Below are positions 32,368-42,235 of a stretch of DNA of 64,000 bases, in pieces. Made by a program: the position numbers and the translations under genes. The stretch spans positions 28,449 to 92,448 of the forward strand of contig CAUZDW010000007.1 in NCBI GenBank assembly GCA_963578825.1, in the 5' to 3' direction. The stretch is from Vicinamibacteria bacterium. GTDB taxonomy: Bacteria > Acidobacteriota > Vicinamibacteria > Fen-336. The notes beneath the pieces were generated by a model. The model searched no databases, was not told the origin of the DNA, and saw only the letters and a program-made list of their open reading frames with translations. The first letter of the stretch is position 1. Each line of letters begins with the position of its first letter.

Positions 32368-33634
32368 GCCCGGTCCCCTGCTCGAGCAGGCCGAAGAACT
32401 CGGGGAAGGAGACGTCGACGCACTCGGCGCCCTCGATCTCCGAGGCCCCCTCGGCGGCGAGAGCGGCGACAGCCAGGGCCATGGCGATCCGATGATCCCC
32501 GTGGGAGGCCACGGTGGCTCCTCGCAGCGGGGTGCCGCCCTCGATGATCAGACCGTCCGGCCGCTCCTGGATCCGTGCGCCAAGGCGGCCGAGGCCTTCG
32601 GCGATGGTCGCGATGCGGTCGCTCTCCTTCACACGCAGCTCGGCCGCGTCGGTGAGGGTGAACCGCCCCTGGGCGTGACACGCGGCCACGGCCAGGGCGG
32701 GCACCTCGTCGATGAGCGAGGCGACGACCGCCGGATCCACCGTCGTCCCGTGCAGCGTCGAAGACGATGCCACGATGGACCCCACCGGCTCGGGGTCGGT
32801 GGTCTCGAGACGGGCCTCCACCTGCCCTCCCATGGACCGCAGCACGTCCACGAAGCCGGTCCGGGTGGGGGAGAGAAGGACGTTGTCCAGCCTCACCTCC
32901 GAATCAGGAAGAACGAGGGCTGCCACCACGAGAAAGGCCGCGCTGGAGGCGTCGCCGGGAACGGCGATCTCGGTGCCTCGGAGCCGCGCTCCGCCCTGCA
33001 CCGTGGCCGAAAGCCCCGACCGCTCGACTGCCACTCCGAAGAGCGGCAGCATCCGCTCCGTGTGGTCGCGGCTGGGCGCCGGCTCGCGCACGGTCGTCGT
33101 CCCCTCCGCCTGCAGACCGGCCAGAAGGACGGCAGTCTTGACCTGCGCGCTGGCGACCGGTGGCTCCCAGGTGATTCCCCGGAGGCCCCCGCCCTCGATG
33201 ACGAGGGGTGGGCGCCCGTCCCGGGTGACCACTTTTGCGCCCATGGCCCTGAGCGGCAGGGCCACCCGCTCGGCCGGCCGGCGTCGCAGCGACTCGTCGC
33301 CGGTCAGGACGCTCCGAAAGGGCCGGCCGGCGAGCGGCCCCGTGAGCAGCCGGAGCGTGGTCCCCGAGTTGCCGGCGTCGAGATCCCCGTCCGGGGCCGT
33401 CCAGGCCTCGGGCCCCCGGCCATGAACGGTGACCGAGGCGCCGTCGCGCTCGACGCTCACCCCGAGTGCCCTCAAGCACTGCAGGGTGGACTCGCAGTCG
33501 ACGGCGGAAGAGTAGTTGGAGACGCGGGTCATCCCCTCGGCGAGGGCACCGAAGAGCGCGGCACGGTGCGAGATCGACTTGTCGCCGGGCAGGCGGAAGT
33601 GTCCGCCGATGCTTCGGGAGGGCTCAATTCTCAA
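32360..33634 (-). CDS. aroA: 3-phosphoshikimate 1-carboxyvinyltransferase
   Basis: PGDKSISHR, GNSGTTLRL, ASAQVK, SRDHTE, IDE.P, KESDR, DHRIAM; probable TTG start at 33634. Confidence 0.96.
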   Translation of the reverse strand: MRIEPSRSIGGHFRLPGDKSISHRAALFGALAEGMTRVSNYSSAVDCESTLQCLRALGVSVERDGASVTVHGRGPEAWTAPDGDLDAGNSGTTLRLLTGPLAGRPFRSVLTGDESLRRRPAERVALPLRAMGAKVVTRDGRPPLVIEGGGLRGITWEPPVASAQVKTAVLLAGLQAEGTTTVREPAPSRDHTERMLPLFGVAVERSGLSATVQGGARLRGTEIAVPGDASSAAFLVVAALVLPDSEVRLDNVLLSPTRTGFVDVLRSMGGQVEARLETTDPEPVGSIVASSSTLHGTTVDPAVVASLIDEVPALAVAACHAQGRFTLTDAAELRVKESDRIATIAEGLGRLGARIQERPDGLIIEGGTPLRGATVASHGDHRIAMALAVAALAAEGASEIEGAECVDVSFPEFFGLLEQGTGRG

Positions 33635-33745
33635 GGTGGCGACGGGATGGTAGCACGCCGCCCCTGCCTTGACGCCCCCGTTCACCTCATGCTAGTTTCC
33701 GGCCCATCCACATACCGTTCAATGAATTGAGAGCCCTTCCCCGCG

Positions 33746-34177
33746 ATGACCCAGGCCTCAGACAGCCGAACGGTCAAGCTCGACATCGCCTCCCGGTTCG
33801 AGATGTTGGACATGGCGCAGAGCGTCCTGGCCCAGCTGTGCAAGATCGTCGGCTTCGAAGACGAGACCACGCACTACCTGGCGGTGGCGCTTCGTGAATC
33901 GGTCGCCAACGCCATCAAGCACGGCAACGGCCAGGACGAATCGAAGCGCGTGGAGCTCGTGTTCACCCTGACCGACCGCTCGATCGAGGTCCAGGTCAAG
34001 GATCAGGGAACGGGCTTCAAACCGAACGAGATTCCGGATCCGCTGGCCCCCGAGAATCTCTTGAAGGCCTACGGACGCGGGATCTTCTTTATGCGGCAGT
34101 TCATGGACGAGGTGAGCTACTCGTTCCCGTCCAGGGGCGGAACCGTCGTCCGCATGCTCAAGAACCTCCCGTCCTGA
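33746..34177 (+). CDS. RsbW-like anti-sigma factor / HATPase protein
   Basis: ESVANAIKHGN, VKDQGTGF, GRGIFFMRQFMD. Confidence 0.88.
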   Translation: MTQASDSRTVKLDIASRFEMLDMAQSVLAQLCKIVGFEDETTHYLAVALRESVANAIKHGNGQDESKRVELVFTLTDRSIEVQVKDQGTGFKPNEIPDPLAPENLLKAYGRGIFFMRQFMDEVSYSFPSRGGTVVRMLKNLPS

Positions 34178-34198
34178 GCGGTCGCGTCCCGTCCCGGC

Positions 34199-35809
34199 TC
34201 AAGACCCCGACCCCCGCCGCTTGAGGCGCAGCAGGACGTTCTCCCGTGGCCCGTAGGCCAGGACCTCGGTCTCGATCGAGCCCATGGCCTCGAGCCGGCG
34301 CCTCTCCGCGGGTCCGACCACCACGAGCGCCGGTTCATGGTAGCCCGCCGCCAGCACCTCGCCGGCCCCCTGGACCTCGCGGACCTTGCCGTCGTTGTAG
34401 AAGTAGCCCGCCATCCACGCCGTGCGTCGCGCACCCCAGGCCAGCACCTCAGCTCCGTTCGTCCTCGAGAGGCCCGTCTCCTGGTCGATGAAGAGGTTGC
34501 GACCGGACTCGCGCCGCTCCAGGATCGGTGGCGCCGAAAGGGCGACGAGCACGAGCAGGCCTGCCGCACCCACACGAAGGAGCTTGAACGCGCCCGCTGG
34601 ATCGGCCCCGATCCGCCGGGAGAACATGAATGTCACCACCAGCGCCCAGAGACCCGCCGGGAGAGCGGAACGCCAGAACGGCTCCTGGAGACGGAAGAGA
34701 AACGCCGGGGTCGTGGCGATCACCGCCCCGAGGATCAGGCCCACCAGCGCGGTCACCCGACCCCATATGTAGCGCTCGGGCGGCTCTGAGGAAATGAGCC
34801 TGTCGGCAGCCCGCCCCATGAGGATGGCGAGGGGCGGTACGCAGGGCAAGATGTACCCCGGCAGTTTCGAGCCGGCGATCGAGAAGAAAAGGAGTGGCAG
34901 CCCAAGCCACAGAGCCAGGAAGAGGTCGGTGCGCGAGCCCCGAGGCCGTATCCCGGCAACGCCCGGCACCGCCAGCCCGGACCAGGGAAACAGGCCCACC
35001 AGGGGGATGGGGAGGTAGTACCAGAAGGGGCCGGGGTGGTGGTGGATCGTCGACGAGAAGCGCTGGAGGTTGTGGTCGAGAATGAAGACGTCGATGAAGT
35101 GCCGACCCTGGTCGACCAGGATCGCGATGTACCAGGGCGCCGCCACCACGACGAACGCCCCCAGCGCCAGCGGTGACACCAACTCCCGGGCCAGGTGCCA
35201 CTCTCGCGTCGCCAGCACGTAGCCGCCCAGGACCAGGAGCGGCAGCAGGAGGCCGAGGGGCCCCTTGGCCAGCGTCGCGAGCCCGGCGCAGGCCGCAGCC
35301 GCAGGGATCGCGTAGCGCCCGGCCATCCCCAGAAACCGCAGCCCGGCCAGGCCGATGGCCGCCGTCACCGTGGCCGCGAGCAGCATGTCCATGGACGCCG
35401 CCCTGCCGTACGCGAACATGAGGACCGACGTCCCTGCGACGAAGCCCGCATGCAGGCCTGCCGTCGTGCCACACAGGCGCCCCCCGACCAGCGCCGTGAG
35501 TCCCACCAGCGCCACGAGCGCTAGGACCGAAGGCATGCGGGCGGCGGCCTCCGTCTCCCCGAGCACCAAGAACGCCGCCCCGGCGAGCCAGTAGAAGAGA
35601 GGCGTCTTCTCGAGCCAGGGCTCTCCCTGGAGGGTCGGTGTCACCCACTCTCCGGCCCGGTGCATCTCGACCGCGACCCGGGTGTAGCGTGGCTCGTCGG
35701 GTCCCAGCAGAGGCACCGCTCCCAGGCGGAACACGGCGAGCGCCAGGACGAGTCCGAGCAGCATCGCGGCGCTGCGGGGTGGGAGAGCTTGGGTCATTGG
35801 AGGCGCCAT
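34199..35809 (-). CDS. ArnT-like GT39 glycosyltransferase
   Basis: GPDEPRY...EM, WLEKTPLFYW, LAKGP, KLPGYILP; many TM helices. Confidence 0.85.
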   Translation of the reverse strand: MAPPMTQALPPRSAAMLLGLVLALAVFRLGAVPLLGPDEPRYTRVAVEMHRAGEWVTPTLQGEPWLEKTPLFYWLAGAAFLVLGETEAAARMPSVLALVALVGLTALVGGRLCGTTAGLHAGFVAGTSVLMFAYGRAASMDMLLAATVTAAIGLAGLRFLGMAGRYAIPAAAACAGLATLAKGPLGLLLPLLVLGGYVLATREWHLARELVSPLALGAFVVVAAPWYIAILVDQGRHFIDVFILDHNLQRFSSTIHHHPGPFWYYLPIPLVGLFPWSGLAVPGVAGIRPRGSRTDLFLALWLGLPLLFFSIAGSKLPGYILPCVPPLAILMGRAADRLISSEPPERYIWGRVTALVGLILGAVIATTPAFLFRLQEPFWRSALPAGLWALVVTFMFSRRIGADPAGAFKLLRVGAAGLLVLVALSAPPILERRESGRNLFIDQETGLSRTNGAEVLAWGARRTAWMAGYFYNDGKVREVQGAGEVLAAGYHEPALVVVGPAERRRLEAMGSIETEVLAYGPRENVLLRLKRRGSGS

Positions 35810-35840
35810 CCTACAATCACCACCGCGGAGGGCAAAGCTC

Positions 35841-36641
35841 TTGAGCTGGCAGTACGTGGCGGTGGCGGCAGAGGCGGCGGTCCGGGCCGGAGCGATCCAG
35901 AAGGAGCGCTACGGCCAGGGCGTGAAGGTCGACTACAAGGGCGACATCGATCTCGTGACCGAGGTCGACCACGCGTGCGAGGCGGCGATCCTCGAAGTGA
36001 TCCGCTCCCGGTGCCCGGACCACGACATCATTACTGAAGAGACCGACCTCGCCCTCACGGGCTCGCCCTTCGTCTGGATCGTCGACCCCCTCGACGGGAC
36101 CACGAACTTCGCCCATTCGTATCCGATGTTCTGCGCCTCCGTGGCCCTGGCCCGGGATGGGGAAGTGGTGGCCGGCGCGGTGTTCGACGCACTTCGGGAC
36201 GAGCTGTTCACCGCCGAGCGTGGCGCCGGAGCTCACCTGAACGGCCGCCCCCTGGCCGTCACCACCGCCGACGCCCTCATCCAGAGCCTGGTCATCACCG
36301 GCTTCCCCTACGACGTCCACGAGAAGCTGGCCGAGCGGCTCCGCCCCTTCATCCGGCTCCTTGGAAAGGCCCGGGGCGTGAGGCGCGGCGGATCCGCCGC
36401 CCTCGACCTTTCCTACATCGCCGCGGGCCGTGCCGACGGCTTCTGGGAGGGTCTCCTGCAGGCCTGGGACATGGGCGCCGGCCGCCTCTTGATCGAAGAA
36501 GCCGGAGGCCGAGTGACACGTCTCGACGGCACACCCCTGGGACTCGGCCCGGACGAGGTCCTGGCGACGAACGGTCTCATCCACGAGGAACTCATGGCCG
36601 TGTTGGCCGAGACCTCGAAAGCCGAAACGGCGCTGGTGTAG
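35841..36641 (+). CDS. suhB: Inositol monophosphatase
   Basis: DLVTEVD, ITEE, DPLDGTTNF, GSAALD, AWDMGAG. Confidence 0.92.
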   Translation: MSWQYVAVAAEAAVRAGAIQKERYGQGVKVDYKGDIDLVTEVDHACEAAILEVIRSRCPDHDIITEETDLALTGSPFVWIVDPLDGTTNFAHSYPMFCASVALARDGEVVAGAVFDALRDELFTAERGAGAHLNGRPLAVTTADALIQSLVITGFPYDVHEKLAERLRPFIRLLGKARGVRRGGSAALDLSYIAAGRADGFWEGLLQAWDMGAGRLLIEEAGGRVTRLDGTPLGLGPDEVLATNGLIHEELMAVLAETSKAETALV

Positions 36642-36658
36642 CCCAACTGGCAGCCGAC
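36632..36658 (+). repeat. Decayed 5' half of tRNA-Leu(TAA) overlapping the suhB stop codon
   Basis: GCTGGTGTAGCCCAACTGGCAG (22 nt) is identical to 37099-37120, followed by CCGAC as if AGGCAG had been deleted. Confidence 0.85.
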
Positions 36659-36709
36659 AAAACGAGTCATTGGACCTGATCTGACCTGGTGATAGGCTAA
36701 CGTTCTCCC

Positions 36710-36982
36710 ATGGATCGCGAGACCGTCGAAGAGATCAAGCGCCACTTCGGAGTCGTAGCCGACGACCTTCGGGGCGACATCCGCGCCTTGGCTGAAGGTC
36801 AGTCGGAGATCCGCCGCGAGATGGATGTTTTCAGGGCAGAGGTGTCGCGGGAGTTCGAGGAGGCCCGCTCCCTTATCCGCCTCTCCTACGGCGGGTTGGA
36901 TCGCCGTGTCACGGGCCTCGAAACGGAAGTCACGCACCCGCGAACACGCCTCGAGCGGGTCGAGGAGCAGTTAGCCAGCTAG
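36710..36982 (+). CDS. Small coiled-coil hypothetical protein
   Basis: MDRETVEEIKRHFGVVADDLRGDIRALAEG...RLERVEEQLAS; heptad-like pattern. Confidence 0.7.
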   Translation: MDRETVEEIKRHFGVVADDLRGDIRALAEGQSEIRREMDVFRAEVSREFEEARSLIRLSYGGLDRRVTGLETEVTHPRTRLERVEEQLAS

Positions 36983-37098
36983 GGAGGCTGTGCTGCACTC
37001 ACCGAGCCCCGGGGCATGCGTCGTCTACGGATGCCGCAATGCAGATAGGCTTCGAAGTCGTGTGCGGCTGCGGCCGAGACCTCGGACGCCGAGGCGAC

Positions 37099-37175
37099 GC
37101 TGGTGTAGCCCAACTGGCAGAGGCAGCCGACTTAAAATCGGTCAAGTGTGGGTTCGAGTCCCACCACCAGCACCA
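37099..37175 (+). tRNA. tRNA-Leu(TAA), short variable loop
   Basis: Acceptor GCTGGTG/CACCAGC+ACCA; anticodon arm GCCGA-CTTAAAA-TCGGT; T-arm GTGGG-TTCGAGT-CCCAC. Confidence 0.93.
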
Positions 37176-37369
37176 ACTTACGAGAAATGCTCCGGGTCAC
37201 GCACCGCGGCATGAACGGTGTGACCCTTCCCCAGGAGCTTCTCGACGAGCCGGCCGGCCACGTAGCCCGTCGCTCCGGTGAGCATCACCGGCGCCTGGGG
37301 ATCAATGGTCGTCATCTTTCTCCTCCTCTTCGATCGGGCACGAATGGATCGCTATCATTCGACCGACGA

Positions 37370-37660
37370 TCACGTCCAGAGTCGCGCGCCATCGATTCGG
37401 AGCACGGCGCCAGTCACGTAAGAAGCGTCGTCGCTGAGGAGGTAGTGGACGGCGCTGGCGACCTCATCGGGTGCGCCAATCCGGCCGAGCGGGACCAGTT
37501 TCTCCAGGGCTTGGCGAGCGTTTTGTGTCGGGACAGCTTCATTGATAAACTCGGTGTCGATGGGGCCCGGCGCGACCACGTTGACGCGGATTCCCATCGG
37601 CGCCCATTCCAAGGCCACGCATTGGGCGTAGGTATGCACCGCCGACGGGCTCGGGGACCG
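37370..37660 (-). pseudogene. SDR oxidoreductase C-terminal fragment (cassette 1)
   Basis: ALEWAPMGIRVNVVAPGPIDT...PLGRIG.PDEVA...SYVTG..L.IDG; the Rossmann half is absent. Confidence 0.8.
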
Positions 37661-37730
37661 GTTGACGGGCTTGAGGTTTTGGGGACCCTTCATCCCCCTG
37701 AGCCGTGGGACGGGGGCCTGGGAAGAGGCT

Positions 37731-37910
37731 CACCTTGAACGCCACCTTGAATATCATCCCTGTTCAGGGGTGTTCGCGGCGGCTTCTCGCCGGCTCCTCC
37801 CGAGCTGTCGGCTGTGTTCATCAGTGTTTGTAGGAATTCGCGTGTAACAGCCCTAAAATCAAGAACTTAAAATCGGCACAGTCCGGGTTCGAGTCCCGGC
37901 ACCAGCACCA
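37731..37910 (+). repeat. att unit 1: 134-bp arm + tRNA-Leu 3' half (37865-37910)
   Basis: CACCTTGAACGCCACCTTGAATATCATCCCTGTTCAGGG...ACTTAAAATCGGCACAGTCCGGGTTCGAGTCCCGGCACCAGCACCA. Confidence 0.95.
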
Positions 37911-38011
37911 ATTCACAGCGACACCTTCGATACGAGCCTGAACAAGGCTCGGCCTCGTGCAGTGTGAGATAGTCTCCGCGAGCGGGGAAACGCCGGACTC
38001 CGGGAGGGCGT

Positions 38012-39808
38012 ATGTCGCGTGTGGTCGCCGTCGCACTGACGCTTTTCTCGCTGGCGCCTGGCGCACCAGCCGCCGAGCCCGAGTCCACCGACGTGATCGT
38101 GGTGGGCTCGGGGATCTCCGGTCTCTCGGCCGCCCTCGAGGCGGCCCGGGGTGGAGCCAGCGTCCGGGTGGTGGAGATGTGGTCGGTCTTCGGCGGCCAC
38201 GCGGTGATGGCCCACGGCGGGCTGTGCCTGGTCGACACGCCGATCCAGCACCGCCAGGGGGTGCTTGACTCGCCTGCGCTCGCCGAGCGGGACTTCCTCG
38301 AGTGGGGCGAGGATGCGGATCCGGCGCAGGTCTCCCGCTACGTGCACCGCTCGCGAGAGCTGGTCTACGACTGGCTGCTCGAGCTCGGCGTGCGCTTCTC
38401 GGATCGGCTGATCCAGATCCCCGGCAACAGTGTGCCGCGCTTTCACAGCCCGCTCGGGCGGGGGCTCGGCCTCGTGACGCCCATCTTGCGCGCGTGCCTT
38501 CGGCACCCGGGTGTGCGCTTCGAGTGGAACACGCGAGCCCTGGAGCTCGTCTCCGCGGACGGCCGCGTCACCGGCGTGCGTGCCGTTTCCACCCGCAGCG
38601 CCGAGAAGCAGGTCTTCGAGGCCGAACAGGTGATTCTCGCGACAGGGGGATTCCAGTCCAACCTGGAGATGGTGCAGGAGTTCTGGCCCGAGCGCCATCC
38701 GTTCCCAGAGCGGCTCCTGGTGGGCTCCGGCGTGAACTCGGTGGGCTCTGGGCACCGCATTGCCGAGGCTGCGGGCGCAACCCTCGTCGACATGGGGCGG
38801 CAGTGGAACTACGCGACGGGTCTGCCCGACCCCCGCCGTCCCGGGACGGACCGCGGGGTCAACGCCAGCAACGGCGCCTCGATCTGGGTCAACCTCGAAG
38901 GGCGGCGCTTCGTGAACGAGACCGCCAGCACGAAGGAGCGGCTTGCCGCAACGCTGCGCCAGCCCCGGGCGCGCTACTGGGCCGTCTTCGACGCTCCCGG
39001 TCGGCGCCGGCTCTTCGTCAGCGGCTCCGACTGGGCCGACCGCGACACAGTCGAGCGGCTCGTCCTCGAGAACCCGGCCCTCGCCAAGAAGGCCCAGGAC
39101 CTCGCGAGGCTTGGCGAGGCGATGGAGCTGCCGAAGGGCGTGCTCGAGGAGACGGTGGCCCGCTACAACGCGGCCCTCGAAGAAGGCGTCGACGAAAACT
39201 TCCAGCGCTTCGGCCACGGCGGCGTGCCCTACGACCTGGCTCCGGGATCGGGACAGGGCGCGGTACCGATCGTGACGCCCCCCTTCTACGCCCTGCCTTT
39301 CTTCCCCCTCGCGCGGAAGAGCATGGGAGGGGTCGCGGTCGACCTCGAGGGGCGCGTGCTCGACACCGCAGGGCACCCGATCCCGGGGCTGCGGGCCGTG
39401 GGGGAGCTGACCGGTTTCGGGGGAGTCAACGGGTGGGCCGGCCTCGAGGGCACCTTCCTGGGTCCCTCGGTGGTCACCGGGCGCACCGCGGCAACGTCAC
39501 TCCTCGCCGAGCTGAGCGGCCCGCCGCGACGCGCCACCCCCGAGGATCCCCCACGCCGGGACGAGGAGATTGGGCCAGCACCCGCAGACGCCGACTGCAT
39601 GATGTGCCACGACCTGCCGAGCCTCGTCGAGCGAGCGCGGCCCGGCTACGCCCATTTCGAGGCGGTGCACCGGGTGGTGTCGCAGACAGCACGCCCCTGC
39701 CTCGAGTGTCACGCGTCGCTCTGGCCCTTCGACCCCGACGCCCACGTTGTCGACCGGCTGGCGCAGGCCGAGACCTGCGGGTCGTGCCACCTCGCCCGGG
39801 AGCACTGA
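38012..39808 (+). CDS. Secreted FAD-dependent oxidoreductase (fumarate reductase flavoprotein-like) with a C-terminal triheme c domain (cassette 2)
   Basis: Signal peptide; DVIVVGSGISG, ILATGGF, SMGGV, GELTG; CMMCH, CLECH, CGSCH. Confidence 0.85.
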   Translation: MSRVVAVALTLFSLAPGAPAAEPESTDVIVVGSGISGLSAALEAARGGASVRVVEMWSVFGGHAVMAHGGLCLVDTPIQHRQGVLDSPALAERDFLEWGEDADPAQVSRYVHRSRELVYDWLLELGVRFSDRLIQIPGNSVPRFHSPLGRGLGLVTPILRACLRHPGVRFEWNTRALELVSADGRVTGVRAVSTRSAEKQVFEAEQVILATGGFQSNLEMVQEFWPERHPFPERLLVGSGVNSVGSGHRIAEAAGATLVDMGRQWNYATGLPDPRRPGTDRGVNASNGASIWVNLEGRRFVNETASTKERLAATLRQPRARYWAVFDAPGRRRLFVSGSDWADRDTVERLVLENPALAKKAQDLARLGEAMELPKGVLEETVARYNAALEEGVDENFQRFGHGGVPYDLAPGSGQGAVPIVTPPFYALPFFPLARKSMGGVAVDLEGRVLDTAGHPIPGLRAVGELTGFGGVNGWAGLEGTFLGPSVVTGRTAATSLLAELSGPPRRATPEDPPRRDEEIGPAPADADCMMCHDLPSLVERARPGYAHFEAVHRVVSQTARPCLECHASLWPFDPDAHVVDRLAQAETCGSCHLAREH

Positions 39809-40037
39809 GAACCTCCGCGAACAGACCTGGCAGCTGCTACCTACACGCGAAGGGCAAGAGGTACTGCACGATCTGCCGCGGCAGATCCGAGCCGAAGCAG
39901 GACGTAAGGCTGAGGGGACAGCTGGTCGATGGCTTGCTGCCAAGTCGGTTCGACCCTGTAGGTGAAAATGGAGCCACCAACAAGACGCCCCTGACCTCAG
40001 TCCAATAGCGAGGTGCGAATCGGCTGGGGTGGACGGA

Positions 40038-40217
40038 CTCTTGTGAATGATCCTGTGAATATCCGCTGCGTTCGGCACCGTTCCTGACGGTTCTTGTAGC
40101 CCTGCGACTCAGTGACCGTCTCCGTTTTGGGGCGTTCGTGGTGGTTCCTCGTAGGTCGATGTCAGAGAAGGACTTAAAATCGGCACAGTCCGGGGTCGAG
40201 TCCCGGCACCAGCACCA
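40038..40217 (+). repeat. att unit 2: divergent arm + tRNA-Leu 3' half (40172-40217)
   Basis: TGTGAATGATCCTGTGAATAT (12-bp period) about 127 bp before ACTTAAAATCGGCACAGTCCGGGGTCGAGTCCCGGCACCAGCACCA. Confidence 0.9.
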
Positions 40218-40460
40218 CTTAGACGAGTCACCTTGAACAAACTATGAATATCGCGCTATCCTGAACCGGACCGGCTGCGGCAGAACCGGCTGGTACAAGG
40301 GGAGCGGCCATGACGTGCCCCCCGAACGGCCGACCGGAGATCCGGGCCCTTTCCCCCTTTGTCGTGGGCGGCCGTCTGGCCGATCATGTCGCCTCAGACA
40401 CCGCCGGTATCTTCGGCGACGCTCCGGGCGACGCGCGGTTCGACGCCTACGCCGCCTGCG

Positions 40461-41846
40461 TCAGGCGATGATGCCCAGTGGCTTCGTCGTCTTCCAGTTG
40501 CCCCGCGTGAAGTCCGGGAAATCCTGCGGCGCGCCGCCTTCGCTCACGGACTTCTCGCTCAGCGGGCCAACCGACGACCAGAGGCAACCCTCATAGACGT
40601 TCTGATCGAGAGGCAGCCCGTTCTGCAGGCACTCCACCATCCGGTAGAGTTCGATGAAGTCCATGCCGCCGTGGCCGCCCATCTTCTTGGCGAGCTCACC
40701 CACGCGCTTGATCAGCGGGTGCTCGTACTGCGCGACGAACTCCTCCCACGCCTCCCCTTCGGTCCACTCGTGGAAGTTGTTCACGCCCTCGATGGCGAAG
40801 CGGTTCGGAAACCCGGCGAGCGTGCCCTTGGTGCCCTGGATCAGGTTGTGGCGCGAGTAGGGACGCGGAGACTGAACGTCCCACTGGACCATGATTGTCC
40901 GGCCGAGGGCGGTCTTGATGATGCTCGTGCTGATGTCGCCGGCCTTGAACTCCTTCGTGTTCCACTCGTGGTCGGCCGGGAAATTGGCCTTCGCGTAGAG
41001 GGCCCTGGCCCTGGACGGTGACGAAAACGACACGACCCGGCCGAAGGTGTCCTCGGTGCGCCCGAGGCTCATGTACTGCGCCACCGGACCGAGGCCATGG
41101 CACGGGTAGAGGTTGCCGTTGCGGTTGATGTAGTGGTGAGTGCGCCACGAGCCCGTGCCGCGCTCCTCCTGCTTCATCTGGCGGCGCAGGTCGTGAATGT
41201 AGGCCGCCTCGCCGTGCAGCACCTCACCGATGACGCCTTGACGGACCATGTTGAGGTAGAGCAGTTCCTCCCGTCCGTAGCACACGTTCTCCATGTGCAT
41301 GCAGTGACGGCCGGTCTCCTCGGACGTGTCCACGAGCTGCCACATCTCGTCGAGGGTCACGGTGATCGGCGTCTCGATGAACACGTGGGCGCCAGCCCGC
41401 ATGGCGGCCACGCCCATGGGCGCGTGGTCCTCCCAGGGGGTGGCGACGACGACCATGTCGGGCTTCACCTCTGTAAGCATCGTCCGGTAGAGGTTCGGGT
41501 CGCCGAAGTAGAGCTCCGGCTTGTGTCCCTTGTCCACGACCCGCTGCTCGGACCGCTTGGCGAGGTCCTCGTAGAGGTCGCTGATCGCAACGATCTCGGT
41601 GCCCTCGATCGACGCGAGCCGCGACGTGTGGCCGCGGCCGCGGCCGCCCACGCCGATGATGGCGATGCGGACCTTCGCGATCTTCGGCGCGGCGAAGTCG
41701 CCCATGTACTTCGCGCCGGCCTTGCGGGGCGGCGCTGCAGCCTGGCCGCGTGCGAGAGCAGGCAGCGCGGCCATGGCGGCGGTGACGCCGCCGAGAGACT
41801 TGATGAACCCTCTGCGTTCGGTTTGGCTCGGCTTCTTCGTTTTCAT
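40461..41846 (-). CDS. Tat-exported GH109-like / Gfo/Idh/MocA NAD-dependent glycoside hydrolase
   Basis: ERRGFI Tat motif, KVRIAIIGVGGRG, MENVCY, YPCHGLGP, GGHGGMDF. Confidence 0.85.
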   Translation of the reverse strand: MKTKKPSQTERRGFIKSLGGVTAAMAALPALARGQAAAPPRKAGAKYMGDFAAPKIAKVRIAIIGVGGRGRGHTSRLASIEGTEIVAISDLYEDLAKRSEQRVVDKGHKPELYFGDPNLYRTMLTEVKPDMVVVATPWEDHAPMGVAAMRAGAHVFIETPITVTLDEMWQLVDTSEETGRHCMHMENVCYGREELLYLNMVRQGVIGEVLHGEAAYIHDLRRQMKQEERGTGSWRTHHYINRNGNLYPCHGLGPVAQYMSLGRTEDTFGRVVSFSSPSRARALYAKANFPADHEWNTKEFKAGDISTSIIKTALGRTIMVQWDVQSPRPYSRHNLIQGTKGTLAGFPNRFAIEGVNNFHEWTEGEAWEEFVAQYEHPLIKRVGELAKKMGGHGGMDFIELYRMVECLQNGLPLDQNVYEGCLWSSVGPLSEKSVSEGGAPQDFPDFTRGNWKTTKPLGIIA

Positions 41847-41990
41847 GGTCAGTTCACCGTTAAGACAGTTCCCTCATCTACCGCAACGTCCGTGCAAAAC
41901 TTGGGTCCAGTGTAGAACCAATCATCGTACATTGTGAGGAACGATCCCAGCATAGCGCGACAGGGGAACCGGGTCGGGTCGCCCCAACGG

Positions 41991-42066
41991 CCAACCTTGG
42001 GATTCCTGGCACTGCCCGGCCATGACGTACCGCAGTTACGCGTCAATGGTGAGTTCCCGGCCGAGG
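41991..42066 (+). repeat. 76-bp cassette-leader repeat, copy A (copy B at 46082-46157)
   Basis: CCAACCTTGGGATTCC...GTCAATGGTGAGTTCCCGG.CGAGG; 5 mismatches between the copies. Confidence 0.9.
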
Positions 42067-42235
42067 AAGCCCATAGGAACTTCAATTCTCGGGCCGCGCC
42101 TCCGCGCGCCCCTACGGAGGCTCTGGTCTTTGGACCGCGCGGGGGGGGGCTGGGACCGGCGCGTCCCTGTTCGCGGCTGTGCCTGGGCAGGAGTTGTCCA
42201 CCGTTTGCCTGCAGATCACATCAGACAAGCCTGGT

